Source: Candidatus Shapirobacteria bacterium
GTDB lineage: Bacteria; Patescibacteriota; Microgenomatia; UBA12405
Length of the DNA: 64,000 bases
Direction: 5' to 3'
Assembly: GCA_041659325.1 (NCBI GenBank)
Contig: JBAZYN010000002.1
Coordinates: 64,513-128,512, forward strand
The translations under genes and the position numbers were made by a program. Position 1 is the first letter of the stretch. The number at the start of each line of letters is the position of its first letter. This document shows, piece by piece, positions 58,383 through 64,000 of this stretch. The notes below the pieces were generated by a model. It was not told the DNA's origin, ran no database searches, and was given only the letters and a program-made list of their open reading frames with translations.

Positions 58383-59556
58383 TAATTTTTCGCCGACAAG
58401 AGATCAGGTGCGGGCGATTGAAGTAATATTGGAGTGGTGGAGAAAAAAGGGGGCGGATTTTGTAACTCTGGGCGGATATGCGGGAACAGGGAAAACTACA
58501 CTGGTGGCTGAAATCAGAAACAGGATAAGGAAAGAAAGACCCAACGAAAAAGTGGCATTTTGTGCTTTTACCGGAAAGGCGGCGATGGTATTGAGACAAA
58601 AACTAGCCGAGCACATCACACAGCTTAAAGGTGACAGCGTGGGCACTATCCACTCGCTGATATACTGCCCTATAATTGACGAAAAAAGAGGGATTATTGG
58701 GTGGACGAAAAGAGAAAAACTGGAAACTGATTTGATAGTGGTGGATGAGGCAAGCATGGTAAATGAAAAAATCTGGGAGGATTTAAAATCATATCGATTA
58801 CCGATTTTGGCTGTGGGAGATCATGGACAATTGCCGCCAATTGAGGGACATTTTAACCTGATGGACAGACCTATTTTGAAACTCCAACAAATACATAGAC
58901 AAGCGGAAAATAATCCGATTATTAAGTTATCGATGATGGCGAGATTGGAGGGGAAAATTCCGACCAAAATCTATAGCCCCAAAGTAAAGAAAATGGACAG
59001 GTATCGAAGCGATACCGGCTACCTAATTGAAGAAGAGCTTGATAACTATAATGATGAGCTGATGGTCCTGGTGGGATACAACCAAAGCCGGATTAAGCTA
59101 AACAAAGCCATTAGGGAGAAAAAGATGTTTGAAAGCCAGGATCCGCAAGCAGGAGACAAAGTAATATGTTTGAGAAATAACTGGCAGAAAAATATTTTTA
59201 ACGGGATGACAGGAAAGATAAAATCCATAAAGCCAAAGTATGATAATAAGGGTCAAAAAAAATGGTACCAGGCGGAAATTGTAATGGAGGATGAGAGCGT
59301 ATTTGAAGGATTGATTGCGGCAGACCAATTCGATAATCCGGTTTCCAGAAACTATGAGGGGAAACCGATCGAGGAGGAAGTTGATTTGTTTGACTTTGGC
59401 TACGCGCTGACGGTGCACAAAGCCCAAGGCGGATCGGCAAAAAAAGTGCTTTTATTCGAGGAAAGATTTGCCAAAATGGATGACGAAGAATGGAGGAGAT
59501 GGTTGTATACGGGGGTGACCAGGGCAGAAGAGGAGTTAACGATTGTTGGGGTCTGA
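58372..59556 (+). CDS. RecD/Dda-like SF1B helicase
   Basis: GYAGTGKTT, VDEASMV, GDHGQLPP, HRQA, YALTVHKAQG, LYTGVTRA. Confidence 0.9.
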   Translation: MTSDNFSPTRDQVRAIEVILEWWRKKGADFVTLGGYAGTGKTTLVAEIRNRIRKERPNEKVAFCAFTGKAAMVLRQKLAEHITQLKGDSVGTIHSLIYCPIIDEKRGIIGWTKREKLETDLIVVDEASMVNEKIWEDLKSYRLPILAVGDHGQLPPIEGHFNLMDRPILKLQQIHRQAENNPIIKLSMMARLEGKIPTKIYSPKVKKMDRYRSDTGYLIEEELDNYNDELMVLVGYNQSRIKLNKAIREKKMFESQDPQAGDKVICLRNNWQKNIFNGMTGKIKSIKPKYDNKGQKKWYQAEIVMEDESVFEGLIAADQFDNPVSRNYEGKPIEEEVDLFDFGYALTVHKAQGGSAKKVLLFEERFAKMDDEEWRRWLYTGVTRAEEELTIVGV

Positions 59557-59610
59557 TATAACAAATTACGAATATCGCCTATTTTTCGTGAGGATAAGGA
59601 AGGATGGGAG

Positions 59611-59820
59611 TTAGGGTAATAGGACGAGGAACAGAAGGGTTGGTGCCAAACGAGTGAGCGGAAAATGGGAGGAGGTTGGAGCGGCCAAAATGACACCGTC
59701 GGTTTCAGATTGGGCTGATAATAATTGATTAAATTGATCGAGAAATTCGACTGTGTCTACCCACGATTTTGATATTGGCCAACAAATGGATTTGTTCGAT
59801 ACACAGATTCTCTTTGGCCG
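59611..59820 (-). pseudogene. possible Gfo/Idh/MocA oxidoreductase fragment
   Basis: Start-less frame reads VEFLDQFNQLL..DGVILAAPTSSHFPL. Confidence 0.4.
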
Positions 59821-59823
59821 GAT

Positions 59824-60813
59824 CTAGGGAACAAGCCGGGAGACAATAAAATAGATTAAACCAGAGAGAAGAGCGGATGCCGGCATGGTTAGAAACCAAG
59901 CAATAACAATTTTTCGAGCCATAGTCCAGTGAACGGCAGTTTTCCGACGGGCAGCACCAACACCCATAATAGCGCCGGAAACTGCCTGAGTGGTAGAGAC
60001 CGGAAAGCCAATCAGGGCGGTCGAGAACAAAACCAGGGTGCTAGCTGCCTCGGAACAAAAACCCTGATAGGGTTTGAGCTTGGTAATGCCTTTGGACATA
60101 GTTTTGACAATTTTCCAACCACCGAAGAGGGTTCCCAGTGACAATAGACCATAGCAGGCAAGCATAACCCAAAGCGGAACAGAAAAACTACTGATTAGTC
60201 CGGCGTTAAATAATAAAATTGTGACAATCCCCATCGCTTTTTGGCCATCATTGGCGCCATGGCTAACCGAAGTAGTAAAGGAGGATATGAGCTGAAGTGA
60301 ACGAAATATACGATTGGCCTTTTTGGGGTGAGTAGAAACAAAAATCCGAGAGACCAGACGGATTAAAAGAAAAGCCACTATGAACGTTATCACCGGCGAA
60401 CCTATCATAGGAACCAAAACCTTATCGAGAATCGAGTTGAACTTAACGCCGGCGGAGCCGGCAGATACTAAACCAGCTCCGATCAGGGATCCAACCAAAA
60501 CATGGGACTCCGAAATCGGGAGAGCAAAAAACCAGGTAGAAATGTCCCAAAGGAGACCTCCCAAAAGAACAGAAAAAAGAAATTTGTCGTTTATCAGATT
60601 CGGATCAACAATACCGCGGCCAATCGTTTGAGCAACAGCAGTTCCGAACAATAGCCCGGTAAAATTACCGACGGCTGAAAAAAGCACCGCCAGACGAGGG
60701 GATAGAACCCGGGTAGCAATTATCGTAGAAATTGAATAGGCGGCGTCAGAAAGACCATTCCAAAAAGCAAAAAAGAAAGCCAAAATAATAGCCAGGACAA
60801 AGAATACAGACAT
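59824..60813 (-). CDS. pit: PiT family inorganic phosphate transporter
   Basis: NGLSDAA, PISESH, SHGANDGQK, PVSTTQ. Confidence 0.93.
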   Translation of the reverse strand: MSVFFVLAIILAFFFAFWNGLSDAAYSISTIIATRVLSPRLAVLFSAVGNFTGLLFGTAVAQTIGRGIVDPNLINDKFLFSVLLGGLLWDISTWFFALPISESHVLVGSLIGAGLVSAGSAGVKFNSILDKVLVPMIGSPVITFIVAFLLIRLVSRIFVSTHPKKANRIFRSLQLISSFTTSVSHGANDGQKAMGIVTILLFNAGLISSFSVPLWVMLACYGLLSLGTLFGGWKIVKTMSKGITKLKPYQGFCSEAASTLVLFSTALIGFPVSTTQAVSGAIMGVGAARRKTAVHWTMARKIVIAWFLTMPASALLSGLIYFIVSRLVP

Positions 60814-60816
60814 AAT

Positions 60817-61446
60817 TTAAATATTTTTGGTGATGACTTGATGAATAGCCAGGGCGGCATCTTCTGATTTGTCAATAGCTTCTTCTAAAAGGCTATATAT
60901 TTCCCGAAGCTTTATAATGGTTTTCAGATCGTTTTCCCGAAGAAAAAGATCGGCCGAAACCCGGTCGTAAAGTTGGTCACCGGTATTTTCGAGACGGTGA
61001 ATTTCAATACAACATTGATCGATTTCCGATCCGGCCATCTTACGAATTCGAAAAGCAGCTTTTTTAATTTGGCTTAGCTGACAAACAAGTATATGGACAA
61101 ATTTTCCTATTTCGGGTGGGATTTCGGTGATGCGGTAAAGGTAGAGGCGATTGACGACCGAATACATTCTATCCAGAATATCATCAAACACTGAAAACAG
61201 AGTAGTCAAATCCTCCTGATCAATGGGAGTAATAAAGGTTTGATTAAGCTTCTGGTAAAAGCGATGGACAATCTGATCCCCGTGATGCTCTATCTTTTTC
61301 ATCTGTTTTAGAGATAAGCCTACGTCGCAGTAATCGGTGGTTAATTTTTGCAAGCAATCAGCCCCAACGACGACATTGTCCACCTGTTCTTCAAGATAGG
61401 TGAAAAATATTTTTTCTTTTGGGAGGAGCCAGTCCTTTAGATTCAT
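60817..61446 (-). CDS. DUF47 PiT accessory (PhoU-like) protein
   Basis: EHHGD..TFITPIDQED..LENTGD; adjacent to pit. Confidence 0.92.
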   Translation of the reverse strand: MNLKDWLLPKEKIFFTYLEEQVDNVVVGADCLQKLTTDYCDVGLSLKQMKKIEHHGDQIVHRFYQKLNQTFITPIDQEDLTTLFSVFDDILDRMYSVVNRLYLYRITEIPPEIGKFVHILVCQLSQIKKAAFRIRKMAGSEIDQCCIEIHRLENTGDQLYDRVSADLFLRENDLKTIIKLREIYSLLEEAIDKSEDAALAIHQVITKNI

Positions 61447-61601
61447 AAAAATTTAACCTTTAGAAAGTTTTAGCAATTGTAGCATGAAGGTATCTGGCTA
61501 TTTTGGACGAGTAAATTAAGAAAAAACTTTTCGGCCTGATTGATAAATTATATTTGTAGAATAATTTGATAGTCAAAAATATTCCGGGAAAAGTACTTAG
61601 A

Positions 61602-62387
61602 CTAAAAGATGGGTAGATAGATTTCGAAAAACTGTTTTTTGTGGTCGGAATTAACATGACGATAGATTTCGAAATCGGGAATATTTTTATTGACTTTTAT
61701 TTTATTAAGACGGCAATATTTTTCGAGCTCTTTCCAAAAAAGCGACAGTAACTCACCGGCTCCATTGTGAGTGAAGGTAATAACTTTACCGGGGTTAAAC
61801 TTCGTAGATCTGACGACATTTTTGAAGCTTGGATTGACAGACATTCCCGGAGCAGCTAAAACGGCAATTTTAATTAAGGACTTTTTGGGCTGATAGGTGG
61901 GATCGTCAAAAATGGCGAGGGTAGTGAAAATTTTACCTTTTTTACTAAACATTCCAGATAATTCCTGACAATATTTGCCGATGTTTACATAGGGACCAGT
62001 TTTCTCTATGTAATAAACATTAAAAGGTTGGAGATTTTTTATCTCCGGTTTGATCAGGGTATTGTTTAGAGCAAGATTGGCCATAAATTTTTCCAGATTC
62101 TTTAGATTGAATTGAAGATTGTTGATTTGATTTTTGATTGAGTCTTTTTTTTCTTCAAAAAGATTTTTTAGATTATTTTTGTGACTAATTTCCCGCAGAC
62201 TAACGCCTAGGGTAGTTAACAACAACACCATTTGGTACTCCAACACCTGAGATTCGGAATAGTAACGATAACCTTCGGTGGAAACTCTAACGGGTTTAAT
62301 TATACCTAAGTGGTCATACCAGAGGATGGTTCTTTTGGTGGTGCCGGCCAGTTTGGCAAGCTGGCCGGCGGTAATGAGAGTATTCAT
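61602..62387 (-). CDS. MerR family regulator with GyrI-like effector domain
   Basis: GQLAKLAGTTKRTILWYDHLG..GYRYY; C-terminal FEIY..EIYLPI. Confidence 0.9.
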   Translation of the reverse strand: MNTLITAGQLAKLAGTTKRTILWYDHLGIIKPVRVSTEGYRYYSESQVLEYQMVLLLTTLGVSLREISHKNNLKNLFEEKKDSIKNQINNLQFNLKNLEKFMANLALNNTLIKPEIKNLQPFNVYYIEKTGPYVNIGKYCQELSGMFSKKGKIFTTLAIFDDPTYQPKKSLIKIAVLAAPGMSVNPSFKNVVRSTKFNPGKVITFTHNGAGELLSLFWKELEKYCRLNKIKVNKNIPDFEIYRHVNSDHKKQFFEIYLPIF

Positions 62388-62397
62388 AGATTACCTA

Positions 62398-62428
62398 TTG
62401 ACTATGACGTTACGTAATAGGCTATTAT
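62398..62428 (+). promoter_or_regulatory. MerR-type promoter/operator
   Basis: TTGACT-19 nt-TATTAT with dyad CTATGACGT-T-ACGTAATAG. Confidence 0.8.
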
Positions 62429-62457
62429 AACCTATATTAAATTTAATTGTCAAATAA

Positions 62458-64000
62458 ATGAATACAAAATCCCTCTCGGCTACGCCGTTTCTCCCTGCCT
62501 GCCGGCAGGCATGGCCTTTGAGGAAAGGGAGACTTGAACAAAGATATATAACAATAAAAGGAGCGAGAGAGAATAACTTAAAAAATATAGATTTGGCCAT
62601 ACCGAGAAATAAAATTGTGTGTTTTGTGGGGGTATCGGGGTCGGGCAAATCGACGATTGCTTTTGATATCATTGCCCGAGAAGGGCAAAGGCAATATTTT
62701 GAGAGTTTGAGCAGTTTGGCGAGAAGATATCTTTCAAAAAGCAACCGGCCACAGGTAGACGAAATAAAAGGGATATCGCCGACGATTATTATTAGCCAGG
62801 ACAGAGTGTATCCCAGTCCGCGATCGACGGTGGGGACGGTGACAGAGGCCTATACCTACTTAAGATTGTTGTATTCGAGAGTCGGTCAACCTAGTTTTGA
62901 TTCGTCGTATTTCTCGTTTAATCATCCGTTGGGCGCCTGTCCAAGATGCAAGGGTTTAGGAAGGGCGATGGAGATTGATATCAATAGGCTAGTAGATGAG
63001 AATAAAAGCTTGAATGAGGGGGCGATATTGTATAGCAATTGGCGGGTGGGAAGTATGTGGTGGAAAATTATTAGGGCGACAAATTATTTTGAGATGGATA
63101 AAAAAGTAAAGGATTATACGACCCAAGAAAGGGAAAAGCTTCTCTATGCCAAAAAGCAGGTGGTGATTGATAAAAGCGGGATGGATAATGTGATTAATTG
63201 GACGTTTAAGGGAGTGGTGACTCACCTCTTGGGGAGGGGAACAAGTGTTTATCGAAAAGCAAATAGTGAAGAAGTTAAATATTTTAGATATGTTGACTGC
63301 CCGGAATGCCAGGGGTGGAGATTAAGAAAAGAATCCTTGGCAGTAAAGATAAACGGCTTAAATATTGGCGAAGTGGCGAATATGCCGATAAGCGAAGCAG
63401 TCAATTTTATTGAAAAAATTGATCATAGAAACGCAACGGTGATAAAACCGAGGTTGATAGAGCAACTTAGGTATTTGACAGACGCGGGAATTGGTTATCT
63501 GTCGCTTAACCGACAGACAAATACGTTGTCGGGAGGCGAAGCGCAGAGAGTTAAGCTAGCACGACAACTTGGAAGTGATTTGATCGAAACAATATATGTG
63601 TTAGACGAACCAACGGCGGGACTACACCCGAGAGATTTGGAAATGGTGGTGAAAAATTTGAGAAGATTAAGAGATGGTGGTAACACAGTAGTGGTGGTAG
63701 AACACGATAAAACAATTATCGAGGCGGCTGATTATATGGTGGAAGTAGGGCCAGGGGGAGGCAAGATGGGAGGAAAAATTGTGTTTGCAGGAACAAAAGA
63801 TGAGTTTTTGAGAAGTGAAACATTAACGGCACAATACTTAAACCCACCCCCAACCCCTCCCTTGATAAAGGAGGGGCGTAAACCAATAAATTATTTAAAA
63901 ATTGTTAATGCCAAAAGAAATAATTTAAAAAATATTAATGTTGACATACCACTGCGGATGATGGTGGGGTTGACGGGAGTATCGGGGGCAGGGAAAAGCT
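62458..64000 (+). CDS. UvrA-like ABC ATPase (class II / DrrC-like), 3'-truncated by window edge; absent from the ORF track
   Basis: GARENNLKNI, GVSGSGKS, EGQRQY, CPRC/CPEC, LSGGEAQR, LDEPTAGLH, second GVSGAGKS; lacks the UvrB-binding insertion. Confidence 0.9.
   Translation, partial: MNTKSLSATPFLPACRQAWPLRKGRLEQRYITIKGARENNLKNIDLAIPRNKIVCFVGVSGSGKSTIAFDIIAREGQRQYFESLSSLARRYLSKSNRPQVDEIKGISPTIIISQDRVYPSPRSTVGTVTEAYTYLRLLYSRVGQPSFDSSYFSFNHPLGACPRCKGLGRAMEIDINRLVDENKSLNEGAILYSNWRVGSMWWKIIRATNYFEMDKKVKDYTTQEREKLLYAKKQVVIDKSGMDNVINWTFKGVVTHLLGRGTSVYRKANSEEVKYFRYVDCPECQGWRLRKESLAVKINGLNIGEVANMPISEAVNFIEKIDHRNATVIKPRLIEQLRYLTDAGIGYLSLNRQTNTLSGGEAQRVKLARQLGSDLIETIYVLDEPTAGLHPRDLEMVVKNLRRLRDGGNTVVVVEHDKTIIEAADYMVEVGPGGGKMGGKIVFAGTKDEFLRSETLTAQYLNPPPTPPLIKEGRKPINYLKIVNAKRNNLKNINVDIPLRMMVGLTGVSGAGKS

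Noticed and set aside
1-64000. Alternative genetic code (TGA read as Gly or Trp)
   Set aside because: Long genes are intact under code 11, and TGA ends genes at the expected positions (e.g. 1126, 11087, 59556).

Overview
64 kb of a low-GC bacterial chromosome, most likely Patescibacteria/CPR (Microgenomates-like). This is inferred from protein style, scant metabolism and widespread lack of Shine-Dalgarno sequences. Housekeeping blocks (4 tRNAs, dgkA, queH, CIRCE-regulated clpB, malic enzyme, a BlaI/M56-led copper locus, gmk, a purD-like gene, rnhB, guaB-like, pepF, RecD-like helicase, pit/DUF47, MerR plus UvrA-like) flank a ~27 kb accessory region that starts at the 3' end of tRNA-Ser(GGA). 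The main observation is that nine co-oriented, degenerate copies of a ~37-60 bp site (consensus CATAAAATAGGTTCTAACTGCGT[0 or 23-25 nt]CAATGGTTCGCCGC) cut this region into gene modules. The most complete copy ends in the tRNA's own terminal CCGCCA. The region therefore looks like an integron-like cassette array built with a non-attC site, and no integrase is present in the window. Cargo includes a nine-gene nucleotide/sugar-modification operon, an NTPase-less NLR-like protein next to a Schlafen-domain gene, and a possible amyloid-motif gene pair. Other notable items are an orphan SPFH/glycine-zipper operon, ~140 bp hairpin elements behind both tRNA-Ser genes, and REP-like palindromes inserted in frame in housekeeping genes. 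All protein calls come from motif recognition by eye; no searches were run.
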